From contig OZ241744.1 of assembly GCA_965200965.1 (NCBI GenBank), positions 3,328,001-3,392,000 on the forward strand: a stretch of DNA of 64,000 nt. The letters are read 5' to 3'. Below, piece after piece: positions 48,450-58,711 of the stretch. Under the pieces are notes generated by a model. The model did not search any database. It was given only the letters and a program-made list of their open reading frames with translations, and had not been told where the DNA came from. A program made the position numbers and the translations under genes. How positions within the stretch are numbered: the stretch's first letter is position 1; every line of letters starts with the position of its first letter. Source of the stretch: an uncultured Candidatus Binatia bacterium (lineage in GTDB: Bacteria > Desulfobacterota > Binatia > Bin18).

Positions 48450-50131
48450 CAGGCAAGCTCCTGGGGAAAGTAGGTGATGACGCTGCGCAGGGGGTTGGGT
48501 GCGGCCTGACCCAGCCCGCAGATCGAGGCGTCGGCCATCACTTGGGCCAAGTCTTCAAGCCGGCCGATGTCCCAGCGGTCCTGCTCCATGAGGCCGGCCG
48601 CTTTTGCCGTCCCGAGCCGGCACGGCGTACACTTGCCGCACGATTCGTGGGCAAAGAAGCGCATGGCGTTGAGAGCCGCGGCCCGGGCGCTGTCTTTGTC
48701 CGACAGGACGATAATGGCGGCCGAGCCGATGAAACAGCCGTGGGGCTGGAGGGTGTCGAAGTCGAGCGGCTCGTCGGCCAGCGTGGCCGGCAGGATGCCA
48801 CCCGAGGCCCCGCCTGGAAAATAGCCGTACAACTCGTGGCTGGGCAACATACCGCCGCAGTATTCGTCAATCAGCTCACGCAGGGTGATGCCGGCCGGAG
48901 CGATGTGGACGCCGGGCCGGCTGACCCGCCCGCTGACCGAAAAGGAGCGCAGCCCGGTACGCCCGTTGCGACCCTGGCCGGCAAACCAGGCCGGGCCTTT
49001 TTCGACAATCTCGCGTACCCAGAACAGGGTCTCAAAATTATGCTCCAGGGTCGGGCGGCCAAACAGTCCGACCTCGGCCACATACGGCGGTCGCAGCCGC
49101 GGCATCCCACGCTTGCCCTCAACAGACTCGATCATGGCCGACTCTTCGCCGCAGATGTAGGCCCCGGCTCCCCGGCGGACATGGAAGCGGGGCAGGGGCG
49201 TGGGCGGGTCGGCCCGCAGCTCGACGATACTGTCCTTGATGACCTGGATGCAGGCCGGGTATTCGTCGCGGATATAGATGTAGACCTCGCTGATGCTGAC
49301 CGCCCAGCAGGCGATCAGCAGCCCTTCCAGAAAGCGGTGCGGGTCGCGCTCCATATAATAGCGGTCTTTGAATGTGCCCGGCTCGCCCTCGTCGATATTG
49401 ACCGCCAGCAGCCGGGGGGCGGGGGAGTCGCGGACAATGCGCCATTTGCGGCCGGTCGGAAAACCCGCCCCGCCCAGGCCGCGCAACCCGGCCTCGTCCA
49501 GGGCCGTGATGATCGACTCGGCCGTGCGCTCGCCGGCCACGCAGGCCCGCAGGAGCCGATACCCGCCGCCTTTTGTATACGCTGGGCAGTCTATGACGGT
49601 GGTCGGGGCCGGGCAGGCTGTGGCCCGCCGGCTGACAGCTTCCTGCACCTTGTCCGGGGTGGCCTGAGCGATGGGATTCTGGCCGACAATGACCGCCGGG
49701 GCGACCTCACAGCGGCCAACGCATGGCACGCGCTGCACCCGGATGCTCCCGCCGAGACGGTCGGGCAGAGCCGCCAGCAGCGCCGGCGCGCCGGCCAGCT
49801 CACAACTGAGCGAGTCGCACACCCGGACGGTCAGGGCCGGCGGCGGCGCTTCGTGCTCTTTGACCACATCAAAATGATGGTAAAAGCTGGCCACCTCGTA
49901 GACCTCAACCGGGGCCAGCCGCATCTCCGCGGCCAGGGCGACGAGATGGGCGGCTGACAGGTGGCCATAGCGGTCCTGAATGGTATGCAGGTGCTCAATC
50001 AGCAGATCGCGCCGGCGGGGTGCGTCACCGAGCAGACTTTGGATCTCGGCCAAAGCCTGGGGACTGACCGACCGGCCCTTGGCTCTGGAGCGTCTGCGGC
50101 GGCTGTCTTGTTCCATGCTGGTGTCCGACAT
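48449..50131 (-). CDS. Formate dehydrogenase diaphorase subunit (NuoE+NuoF fusion, Fdh1B-like)
   Basis: VCDSLSC...CVGRC 2Fe-2S, GLRGLGGAGFP, DEGEPGTFKD, YICGEE, ESCGKCTPCR. Confidence 0.93.
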   Translation of the reverse strand: MSDTSMEQDSRRRRSRAKGRSVSPQALAEIQSLLGDAPRRRDLLIEHLHTIQDRYGHLSAAHLVALAAEMRLAPVEVYEVASFYHHFDVVKEHEAPPPALTVRVCDSLSCELAGAPALLAALPDRLGGSIRVQRVPCVGRCEVAPAVIVGQNPIAQATPDKVQEAVSRRATACPAPTTVIDCPAYTKGGGYRLLRACVAGERTAESIITALDEAGLRGLGGAGFPTGRKWRIVRDSPAPRLLAVNIDEGEPGTFKDRYYMERDPHRFLEGLLIACWAVSISEVYIYIRDEYPACIQVIKDSIVELRADPPTPLPRFHVRRGAGAYICGEESAMIESVEGKRGMPRLRPPYVAEVGLFGRPTLEHNFETLFWVREIVEKGPAWFAGQGRNGRTGLRSFSVSGRVSRPGVHIAPAGITLRELIDEYCGGMLPSHELYGYFPGGASGGILPATLADEPLDFDTLQPHGCFIGSAAIIVLSDKDSARAAALNAMRFFAHESCGKCTPCRLGTAKAAGLMEQDRWDIGRLEDLAQVMADASICGLGQAAPNPLRSVITYFPQELA

Positions 50132-50411
50132 GTTGAATTGTTTCGGCACTATACCCATTTGGGCCCGGGTCAACAAGGCAGATAGGGCATGACCTGTCCA
50201 CAACTCCAGAATTGCGAGACCACACAAAAGACCTCTGTCACGGACGGCTATTAAGCCTCTTCTTACAAATCAAGGAAAGAGATGAAGAGGGATTAGGGCA
50301 CCATGATTGGTCGTTTGCTTGAAAGTCGCCCTGCCAGATGGTTCGATTCGTTGTTCACAGGTGGCTGCCATGCTAACCTGCCTCAGCAACAATGTGGGGG
50401 AGGAGAAAGGT

Positions 50412-51076
50412 ATGGAATATTCCGCGCTTCCGCCAATTTTCACGATCGAGCAAGCCGCGGGCTACTTGCAGGTGAGCGTTGGGAAATTGCGTGCCGAACT
50501 GGAGAGTGGCCGCATTCCAGGGCTGAAAATCGCGGGTCAATGGCGCATCGAGCGGCGGGCGCTTGACCATTGGCCGAGTCTCCTCTGCATGATTTTGCAC
50601 TGCACGCCCGCTTGGCGAATGTCGGAACCAACTTGGCGGATACATATATCAGCGCATGGAAGATTTACCAAACAGAGGAGATGCCCAACTATTCCGGCGT
50701 CGTCCACGAGATACGAGACATCCTGACCCTGCTGTTGGATACAATAGCTCCGAACGGAGATGTTATGGCTGAAACTGGCTTCAAACTTGAAGCCGGACAT
50801 AACAATCCTACTCGCCGGCAACGTGTCCGCTACGCGGTTCGTAGACTGTACGACCCCGAACATGCAAAAGAGATCGCGAGCGACTTCGATCTTCTCGAAA
50901 TCCTGTGTGAACGCTTGGCTCAAGCCGCTACAGGTGCCTATCGTCGTGCATCCGATCTGGCTCATAATTCGACCCCGCGGGAGAGAGCGTATCGGGTGCT
51001 CAAGCAATGGGAAGGTCTTGTCGCCCAGCTTCTTCCAGAACGCCAGGACGCGCTTCACGCATCTGGTAGCAGCGGT
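50412..51076 (+). pseudogene. Excisionase-type HTH plus HEPN-like helical domain, frameshifted near 50570
   Basis: FTIEQAAGYLQVS...GRIPGLKIAGQWRI (HTH_17 pattern), then in another frame EIRDIL..LL..IAP...PTRRQRVRY...RASDLAH. Confidence 0.55.
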
Positions 51077-51229
51077 ATGAAGAGGCGAAAGAGCGACGCT
51101 TACCCCTCTGCGAGTTTGCACGAACTGAGCAGACGGGGCTTTCTCAAAGGAGTGGGGACATCTGTAGCTGGGTCGGTAGGCGTGCTGACTGCCCTGGCGG
51201 TTCAAGCCGCAAAAAGAAAGGATCGGCCT

Positions 51230-52171
51230 ATGACACGCTTTGGGATACAGATCGAACCCCAGTTTGGCTTTTCGTATCAGGAGGTCGCCGGCCTGGCCCA
51301 AGACGCCGAGCGACTGGGCTTTGACGGTCTGTGGGTGTCTGACCACCTGTTCTGGGACGCGCAGTCCGAACAGCGCAACTGTCTGGACGCCTGGACCCTG
51401 CTGACCGCCCTGGCCCCGGTCACGACTCGCCTGCGCCTCGGCACGCTGGTCAGCTGCAACTCCTACCGCCTGCCCAGCGTGCTGGCCAAGGTGACGGCCA
51501 GTTTTGACCACCTGAGCCAGGGCCGGCTGGAGTTCGGCATTGGTGCCGGCTGGAAGGAGATGGAGTATACGGCCTACGGCATCCCCTTTCCGCGGGTTGG
51601 TGTCCGGCTGGCCCAACTCGAAGAGGCGGTGCAGCTCATGCAACTGCTGTGGACCCGGCCGCGGGCCTCATTTCAGGGCAAATACTACCAGCTTGAGCGG
51701 GCGGTGTGCGCGCCCAAGCCGGTTCAGCAGCCGCTCAAGACCTGGATTGGCGGCATGGGCGAGAAAAAGCTGCTGCGGATTGTGGCCCGCCACGCTAGCG
51801 GCTGGAACGCTATGCCCGGCGTACCGGCCGAGGCCATGCAGAAAAAGCTGGACGCGCTGCGCCGGCACTGCGACGCGCTCGGGCGGGACGTGGCCAGCAT
51901 CGACAAGTCGCTGTTCATCCTGTGCTGCATCGTTGACGATGAGGCCGAACTCAGAACCCACGCGGCCGACCTGGAAAAAACCCTGGGCACGGCCGATATC
52001 ATCCGGGCTGGGCGCAAGATTCGTACCGCCGGTACGCCCGAGCAGGTGGCCGACACGCTGCGCGGCTTTCAGCGCCTCGGCTTTGACTATTTTATCGCCA
52101 TGTTTCCCTACCGGCGGGACGCCGAGATGCTGGAGCGCTTCAGCCGCCAAGTCGTGCCGCTGCTGGCCTAG
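51230..52171 (+). CDS. LLM-class F420-dependent oxidoreductase
   Basis: ATG at 51230 with RBS AAAGGA. GFDGLWVSDH, RLRLGTLV, GRLEFGIGAGW. Confidence 0.9.
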   Translation: MTRFGIQIEPQFGFSYQEVAGLAQDAERLGFDGLWVSDHLFWDAQSEQRNCLDAWTLLTALAPVTTRLRLGTLVSCNSYRLPSVLAKVTASFDHLSQGRLEFGIGAGWKEMEYTAYGIPFPRVGVRLAQLEEAVQLMQLLWTRPRASFQGKYYQLERAVCAPKPVQQPLKTWIGGMGEKKLLRIVARHASGWNAMPGVPAEAMQKKLDALRRHCDALGRDVASIDKSLFILCCIVDDEAELRTHAADLEKTLGTADIIRAGRKIRTAGTPEQVADTLRGFQRLGFDYFIAMFPYRRDAEMLERFSRQVVPLLA

Positions 52172-52177
52172 TTCGCT

Positions 52178-53347
52178 ATGGATATCCTGCACGCCATCGG
52201 GCCGGGCTCCTGGCTGTGGGCGCTTCTGCCCGTAGCTGTGACCGGCCTGCTCGATGCGGTCCAGCGCTACGCCCTGGGCCGGCTTCACCTGCGGCTCACC
52301 AAAACTGCGGCCCGGTGGGACGACGCGCTTGTCCAGGCGCTCCGCGGGCCGCTCAGCCTGCTGGTGTGGGTGGTCGGCCTGGGGCTGGCGCTTGAGCTGG
52401 GCTGGGGCCGGGCCGGTGTGGTGGAACTGATCGACCCGGTGCGGGTGGTCGGCATTGTCAGCGCCCTGACCTGGTTTGTGGTCCGGCTGATTGCCCTGCT
52501 GGAAATAGTGGTCATCGCTCAGGCCCAGCAGACCGGCGCACCCTGTGAGCGGGCCACGCTCGACGCGCTTGCCAAACTGCTGCGGGTGTCGGCGTGCGTG
52601 GCGGCCGGCCTGGTGACGCTTCAGACCCTCGGCTTCAGCGTGTCGGGGGTGCTGGCTTTTGGCGGTATCGGCGGCTTGGTGGTCGGCCTTGCGGCCAAAG
52701 ACCTGCTGGCCAACTTCTTCGGCGGCCTGATGATCTCCCTCGACCGGCCGTTTGCGGTCGGCGACTGGGTCCGCTCCCCCGACCGCGAGATTGAGGGCAC
52801 GGTTGAACGCCTCGGCTGGCGGCTGACCCTGATTCGGACCTTTGACAAACGCCCGCTGTATGTGCCAAACGCGGTCTTCTCCACGATTACCGTTGAAAAT
52901 CCGTCCCGGATGCACAACCGGCGCATCTACGAAACGGTCGGCATCCGCTACGAGGACGCCGACAAAATGGCCGCCATTGTGGCCGATGTCGAACACATGC
53001 TGCGCGCCCATCCAGCCATTGAACAGCGGGCGCTGACGATGGTCAATTTCACCACCCTTGCCCCGTCGTCGCTGGACTTCTTCGTCTATACCTTCACCCG
53101 CACGACCGACTGGGCCACCTTCCACTCGGTCAAGCAAGACGTGCTGTTGCGGATTATCGGCATTATTGAGCGCCACGGGGCCGAGGTTGCCTTTCCGACC
53201 TCAACCCTGCACCTGGCCGACGGCTTTGTACCCGCGCCGCACCATGCTGTGGCCGAATCGGTGGCCGAAGCTCGGGCCGGCGCGCTCTCCCCGAAGGACG
53301 AAACGTGTCCTCAGATCGACCGGAAGGCGACACGTTTCGGTCCTTGA
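52178..53347 (+). CDS. MscS-family mechanosensitive channel
   Basis: LAFGGIGGLVVGLAAKDLLANFFGG, PFAVGDW, EGTVE, YVPNAVF, VAFPT. Confidence 0.93.
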   Translation: MDILHAIGPGSWLWALLPVAVTGLLDAVQRYALGRLHLRLTKTAARWDDALVQALRGPLSLLVWVVGLGLALELGWGRAGVVELIDPVRVVGIVSALTWFVVRLIALLEIVVIAQAQQTGAPCERATLDALAKLLRVSACVAAGLVTLQTLGFSVSGVLAFGGIGGLVVGLAAKDLLANFFGGLMISLDRPFAVGDWVRSPDREIEGTVERLGWRLTLIRTFDKRPLYVPNAVFSTITVENPSRMHNRRIYETVGIRYEDADKMAAIVADVEHMLRAHPAIEQRALTMVNFTTLAPSSLDFFVYTFTRTTDWATFHSVKQDVLLRIIGIIERHGAEVAFPTSTLHLADGFVPAPHHAVAESVAEARAGALSPKDETCPQIDRKATRFGP

Positions 53348-53602
53348 AAACAGCCCGGCTTGCAGGGTGATCACGGAAACAGCCGGCCCGGCCCGCGCTG
53401 GGACCGACCGAACCAGAAAGGTGGGGCCATGCCACACCTTCGCGTCATTGAGGACGACCTGTCTCGCCTTCCTCTCGACCGGATGAGACGAGTCGTCTTT
53501 GAGCCCTGGGCGTTCACCGAGCGCTATACCTTTTCTCCCGCGGTGCGTAAGGGCAAGCGATATCACCTTATCGCCCTTGCTTTGACCTTCGCCCTCGCGC
53601 TT

Positions 53603-54234
53603 CTAGCGCCGGGGCTGGCCCCCCCGGTGTTTGGGGATCATCTGCCAGCGGCTCAAATTTATGATCCCTTTGACCCCAACCAGCGCCCTGATGATGACCC
53701 CTCGGGCGGCGCGGGCCAGCAGCACATCGTCCCGGGGGCCGGGGGTGATCGCATTCCCCCACCGGTCGGCCCGCAGGGCATGGAAGACGGCAACATCGGG
53801 TCGGATCGGCTGGGCCACTACTACCTGTCCGCCAGGATTGAACGGATTGTCCTGGACGGGCAGATCAGGGCGATAGGTCAGCAGATCGGAGTAGAGCAGA
53901 CCGCGCACAGCGATAAAGGGCACACCCATCGATCCAGCCTGGATCATGCTGTACAACGCCCCTCAAGTACTATCCTTCATGTTGAGCAAGCCCGCCCGCA
54001 CGGCGCGCTGAAAGTTGGGTGCCGGGCCGTAGGGGCCGAGGATTCAGGAGCAGGTTTCGTAGCTGTCCGCGAGTCCGTCGCCGGTCAGGGTTACAAGCCC
54101 AAGGCGGCCGACTTGGCGTTTGCCCGCGAGAAAGCCGTAGGGGCGTTGTTGAGCACGGCCGATGTCATGTCCAGCAGGGTCCCCGGCCGCACCCCGGCGG
54201 CCGCCTCGTCCAGAGACTGAAGTTTGATGCGCAT
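53603..54234 (-). pseudogene. Degraded CoA-transferase subunit A-like gene
   Basis: Pieces MRIKLQSLDEAAAGVRPG..., GPAPNFQRAVRAG..KDST*GALYSMIQAGSMGVPF..., PIRPDVAVFHALRADRWGN; one frameshift and in-frame stops. Confidence 0.7.
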
Positions 54235-54541
54235 GCGAGGCGCACTACAGTAAAAGCCTCGGTCGCTGCAACGGTGAGATCGGAGGCAGGATTCCCCACA
54301 CATTTTGACAGGCCGTCCTTTCCCCTCGCCGGCTTTGCGGTCCGGGCGGGACTCTGCTATGAGGGGCGGGGTCTGTGATGGGGGCCGCTAAGGAGGCTGT
54401 AGCGGCGCGCTCTTCCCTGGGTTGGACAAACCGGACAACGGCGGGCTTGGGAGGTGTGTGGCTGGAGATCAGCTTGCCGGGCAGGGTCGCCGGCCAGCGC
54501 GTATGCGATGCAGTGAATGGATATACGGAGGAGGTGTGATT

Positions 54542-55660
54542 ATGCCATCGGCGATATCTGAACGGGCGTGGGCTGGCAAAAAGTATTGGGTGATATCCGC
54601 GGACTGTCATGTGCTGGAGCCGCCGGACCTGTGGGAGCGTCGGGTTGCGCCCAGGTTTCGTCACCGGCTCCCCCGCATGGAGATGGATGACAGGGGCCGC
54701 AAGACATTGATTGTTGAGGGTCAGCGCCCTACCCGGATTCGGGATTTCAGCCTGGAGGGCGACGACCTGGATCGGGCCAAGGGCGGCGGTTGGGAGGCGG
54801 CCAAGCGCCACGCTGATCTGGACCGGGACGGCATTGATGCGGAGGTCGTCTACCCTAACCGGGGTCTGCTGATGTGGGCCTCGCCCGACCCCGAACACCA
54901 GACCGAGATGTGCCGGGTGTGGAACGACTGGGCGATTGAGGTCTTTCCGCCGGCCCAGAAGCGCTCGCTGCCGGTGGCGGCGATTGCGCCCCAGAATGTG
55001 GAGACTGCGGTCAAGGAGGTTGAGCGGGTGGCCAGGCTCGGCTACCGGGTGGTTTTTCTGCCGGTCCAGGTGGCCGACCAGCCGTATAATCTGCCGCTGT
55101 ACGAGCCGCTGTGGGCGGCGGTGCAGGACGCCGGGCTGCCGGTGAGTTTTCATGTCGGAACAGGCAAGGACCCGCGCACGGCAAGCGGCAACGGCGGGGC
55201 GATCCTGAACTATGTGTGGCACGCGCTGTCCACCGCGATTGAGCCGGTGACGCAGCTGTGCGTGTCGGGCGTATTGCAGCGCTTTCCGGGACTGCGGTTT
55301 GCCACGGTTGAAGCCGGGATCGGCTGGCTGGCATGGACCCTGTGGGTCATGGATGAGGGCTATCAGAAACATCATTTCTGGGTTGCGCCCAAGCTGGAGA
55401 TGCTGCCGAGCGAGTATTTCCGCCGCCAGGGCTATGCTACTTTTCAGGATGACCCGGTCGGGCTGGAGACGCGCAAGTGGATCGGGGTTGAGAACCTGAT
55501 GTGGGGCGATGATTATCCGCACCACGAGGGGACGTGGCCGTGCTCTCGGGAGGTTATTGATCGCACAATGGGCGAGCTGACCGACGAGGAGCGCCGGCAG
55601 GTGTTGGGGCTGACCGCGGCTACGCTGTACGGGTTTGATCTGGACGAGGGACGGGGGTGA
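54542..55660 (+). CDS. Amidohydrolase_2 family protein
   Basis: ISADCHVLEP, DGIDAEVVYP, PVSFHVG, VEAGIGW, MWGDDYPH. Confidence 0.9.
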   Translation: MPSAISERAWAGKKYWVISADCHVLEPPDLWERRVAPRFRHRLPRMEMDDRGRKTLIVEGQRPTRIRDFSLEGDDLDRAKGGGWEAAKRHADLDRDGIDAEVVYPNRGLLMWASPDPEHQTEMCRVWNDWAIEVFPPAQKRSLPVAAIAPQNVETAVKEVERVARLGYRVVFLPVQVADQPYNLPLYEPLWAAVQDAGLPVSFHVGTGKDPRTASGNGGAILNYVWHALSTAIEPVTQLCVSGVLQRFPGLRFATVEAGIGWLAWTLWVMDEGYQKHHFWVAPKLEMLPSEYFRRQGYATFQDDPVGLETRKWIGVENLMWGDDYPHHEGTWPCSREVIDRTMGELTDEERRQVLGLTAATLYGFDLDEGRG

Positions 55661-55662
55661 CG

Positions 55663-55977
55663 ATGGACCACCTGATTGTGGACTGGGGCGAAGCTGAGCT
55701 GGCCGAGGGGCGGCGCAAGCGCTGGATGGGCAGCTGGCTGGTCTCACACGAGGGCGAGGAGGGCGAGTATTTTTATGACGGCCCCGGCGGTCGGCAAACG
55801 CGGCACGCGGTGCCGACCGGGGCGATTGGCGTGCGCCTGCGCTGGTGGCCGAGCGCGGACACGGTGGCCATGAACCTGGAGTTTGGGCCGATGAGTCAGG
55901 TGGCCGACGATTATTTTTTTGAGGACAACGCAGGGCCGGCGGTTACGCTCCGCGCCCACGATCTGATTCGCGGCTGA
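55663..55977 (+). CDS. Hypothetical protein
   Basis: Tightly packed between the amidohydrolase and MFS genes; host-like codons. Confidence 0.7.
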   Translation: MDHLIVDWGEAELAEGRRKRWMGSWLVSHEGEEGEYFYDGPGGRQTRHAVPTGAIGVRLRWWPSADTVAMNLEFGPMSQVADDYFFEDNAGPAVTLRAHDLIRG

Positions 55978-55989
55978 GGGGGGAACCGC

Positions 55990-57243
55990 ATGGCTTGGCC
56001 TGTGCGCTACAAACTCGTCGGTCTGCTGGCCACCGGCAGCATGATTAACTATGCCGACCGGGTGAACATCTCGGTGGCCGCGCCGGTGATGATGGCCGCC
56101 CTCGGCTGGGATGAGGCCCAGTTCGGGCTGATCTTTTCGGCCTTTCTGCTCGGCTACACCCTGCTCCAGATTCCCGGCGGGATTATCGCCGACCGCTGGA
56201 ATACGGTCTGGGTGGTGGCGATTGCGTGCTTTGGCTTCTCGCTGTTTACCGCCCTGACGCCGTTTGGAGCGCTGGCGTTTGGCCTGATGCTGGTCCTGCG
56301 GTTCAGTGTCGGCCTGCTGGAATCGGTCAGCTTTCCGGCCTATGCGGCGCTGAACGCGCGCTGGATTCCGCGCTATGAGTATGGCCGCGCCCAGAACATC
56401 AGCCTGTCGGGTTCGCACATCGGTCAAGCCCTGGCCTATCCGGTGACGACCTGGATTATTGCCACCTTTGCCTGGCCGGCGGTGTTTTATTTTAACGGCC
56501 TGCTGGGCGGGCTGTGGCTGATCGTGTGGCTGGCTTCGGTCACGAACACGCCGGCCGAGCATCCTCGCATTAGCCAGCAGGAGTTGCGGGAAATTGAAGA
56601 CAACCTGGCTCCGCGGCCTCAGACGACGGTCTCCCCGCTGCGTCTGCTCAGAAACCGTCACGTTCTGCTGCTCTCTCTGGCTTATATGTACATGGTGTAC
56701 GGGCTGTGGATGGTGATTCTGTGGTTGCCGACCTATCTGGTCCAGGCCCGTGGCTTTTCGCTGGAGGCAATGGGGGTGCTGGGCATCATTCCGACGGTGG
56801 CGGGTGCCTTGGGCCTCATCTCGGGCGGGACAATTTCGGACGTGTTGCTGCGGCGTGGCTGGAGTCCGCGGGTGGCCCGAGCTCAGGCCCCGGCCTTGTG
56901 CGCGTTTCTGGGCGTACCGAGTATCCTGGCCGCGGCGTTTGTGCCGTGGCCGATGGTGTCGGTCGGCTGTCTGGCCCTGTATATGTATTTTGCCAATCTG
57001 GGCAGCGGCGCGTGCTGGGCAGTGCCGGTCGAGCTGAATCCGAGGCAGATTGGAGCCATATCGGGGGTGATGAACGGGGCCGGCAATTTTGCCGGGATTT
57101 TTGGGCCGATGAGTGCCGGCTTTCTGGTGGCGGCAACGGGCAGCTGGGAGCTGCCGCTGGTGGCCATCGCCGTCATGCTGCTGGTAGCGACCCTGCTCTA
57201 CTATTTCCTGGTTGTGCCCGAGCCGATTGAGCTGTCAGGATGA
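55990..57243 (+). CDS. MFS transporter (anion:cation symporter family)
   Basis: INYADRVNIS, QIPGGIIADRW, about 12 TMs. Confidence 0.92.
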   Translation: MAWPVRYKLVGLLATGSMINYADRVNISVAAPVMMAALGWDEAQFGLIFSAFLLGYTLLQIPGGIIADRWNTVWVVAIACFGFSLFTALTPFGALAFGLMLVLRFSVGLLESVSFPAYAALNARWIPRYEYGRAQNISLSGSHIGQALAYPVTTWIIATFAWPAVFYFNGLLGGLWLIVWLASVTNTPAEHPRISQQELREIEDNLAPRPQTTVSPLRLLRNRHVLLLSLAYMYMVYGLWMVILWLPTYLVQARGFSLEAMGVLGIIPTVAGALGLISGGTISDVLLRRGWSPRVARAQAPALCAFLGVPSILAAAFVPWPMVSVGCLALYMYFANLGSGACWAVPVELNPRQIGAISGVMNGAGNFAGIFGPMSAGFLVAATGSWELPLVAIAVMLLVATLLYYFLVVPEPIELSG

Positions 57244-57527
57244 ATGATCCTGACCCGTACAAAGACTTCACCGAGCGCCTGAAGCTGCTGAGCAGCAAGC
57301 GCCCGGATTTGATCACAACCACCCTTGGGAATATCTTCACCATGCGTCTCATTGGAAACAAGACGCATGGTGATATGGCGGAGATAGCAATTGCCGAGTT
57401 TATCAATCAATACATGTACGACTTCCGCTCAATTCACGTCGGGAAAGACCTGTACCGCGCCAAGTCAAAATCGATTGTTTTCTCACGCCCTTGTAGCCTC
57501 GGAGGCTGGCCACACAGCGGCGCTTGA
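57240..57527 (+). pseudogene. Truncated putative type II restriction endonuclease (N-terminal fragment)
   Basis: GNKTHGDMAEIAIAEF...HVGKDLYRAK, then an abrupt unrelated tail; lies directly upstream of an MTase; lower GC. Confidence 0.45.
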
Positions 57528-57577
57528 GAAAGTCGAGGACAATATTACGCTGCTAAAGCGGGAACAATAATGAAGAC

Positions 57578-58711
57578 ATGGCACACACACTTCCGCTCTT
57601 TGACGACCTCGTCCTTGACGCCCCATCTACGGAGGGGATCAAGTACGCTGGGTCTAAGCTGAAGCTCCTTCCGCACCTGCTGCAACTGGTCAAGAAAGTC
57701 GGAGCGGAGACGGTTCTGGACGGGTTTTCGGGAACAAGCAGGGTATCGCAGGCGCTTGCCAAATGTGGCTATCGAGTCGTGTGTAATGACATTGCTGTCT
57801 GGTCTGAAGTTTTTGGCACCTGTTATCTGCTTAACACCAAAGAACCGGAGGCGTATCAGCCGCTCATTGATCATCTCAACGCCGTCCCGCCGGTTGACGG
57901 GTGGTTCACCGAACACTATGGCGGGAACGCTAACGGAGGCTGTGCGATACAGCGCGATGGCCGTAAGACCCCTTGGCAGCTACACAATACCCGCAAACTG
58001 GACGCGATCCGGCAGGAAATTGAAGCGCTCGCTCTTGACTCTGTAGATAAAGCGGTGGCCCTGAGCAGCCTGATTTTGGCGCTTGATCGCGTAGATAGTA
58101 CCCTGGGACACTTTGTCTCGTATCTCAAAGACTGGTCTCCTCGCTCCTATAAGAAGCTGATACTCCAGGTCCCGAATGTCTTTGCGTCGGCGCACGAACA
58201 CCGGGTGTACCGGAGCGACATATTTGACCTGCTCCCTGGCGTTCCTGTCGATCTGGCCTATTTCGATCCTCCGTATGGATCAAACAATGAGAAAATGCCG
58301 CCGTCACGGGTCCGCTACGCCTCCTACTACCATATTTGGACAAGCGTCTGTCTCTTCGATAAGCCAGACCTCTTTGGTAAGGCTAATCGTCGCACGGATA
58401 CGTCGGATACAGTAGCGGCATCGGTGTTTGAGGAGTACCGACGAAACGCCGCAGGGCGTTTCATTGCCGTCGAGGCAATTGAGAGACTTCTCAAGGCGAC
58501 CCGGACACGCTGGATTATCCTGTCGTACAGCTCTGGGGGGCGGGCGACAGCTGAAGAACTGAACGAAGTTCTGCGCCGTAATGGGCTCCTCCGAGAGGTT
58601 GTTGAGATCGGCTACAGGAAGAACGTTATGTCTGGCATGAAGTGGACCAATGAATGGTTAAGAGATGCGGAGCAAGCAAATCGAGAGTTCTTGTTCCTGC
58701 TCGAAAAGTGA
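57578..58711 (+). CDS. DNA adenine (N6) methyltransferase
   Basis: IKYAGSK (motif X), DGFSGT (motif I), DPPY (motif IV), ILSYS. Confidence 0.92.
   Translation: MAHTLPLFDDLVLDAPSTEGIKYAGSKLKLLPHLLQLVKKVGAETVLDGFSGTSRVSQALAKCGYRVVCNDIAVWSEVFGTCYLLNTKEPEAYQPLIDHLNAVPPVDGWFTEHYGGNANGGCAIQRDGRKTPWQLHNTRKLDAIRQEIEALALDSVDKAVALSSLILALDRVDSTLGHFVSYLKDWSPRSYKKLILQVPNVFASAHEHRVYRSDIFDLLPGVPVDLAYFDPPYGSNNEKMPPSRVRYASYYHIWTSVCLFDKPDLFGKANRRTDTSDTVAASVFEEYRRNAAGRFIAVEAIERLLKATRTRWIILSYSSGGRATAEELNEVLRRNGLLREVVEIGYRKNVMSGMKWTNEWLRDAEQANREFLFLLEK

Noticed and set aside
50570-52171. 533-aa ORF as a genuine nuclease-LLM fusion protein
   Set aside because: The LLM part has its own RBS and ATG at 51230. The upstream part is a mosaic of remnants with different composition.
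53360-54220. 286-aa + strand ORF
   Set aside because: Mostly antisense to the CoA-transferase remnant. Only the short MPHLRVIEDD... segment may be a real gene stub.
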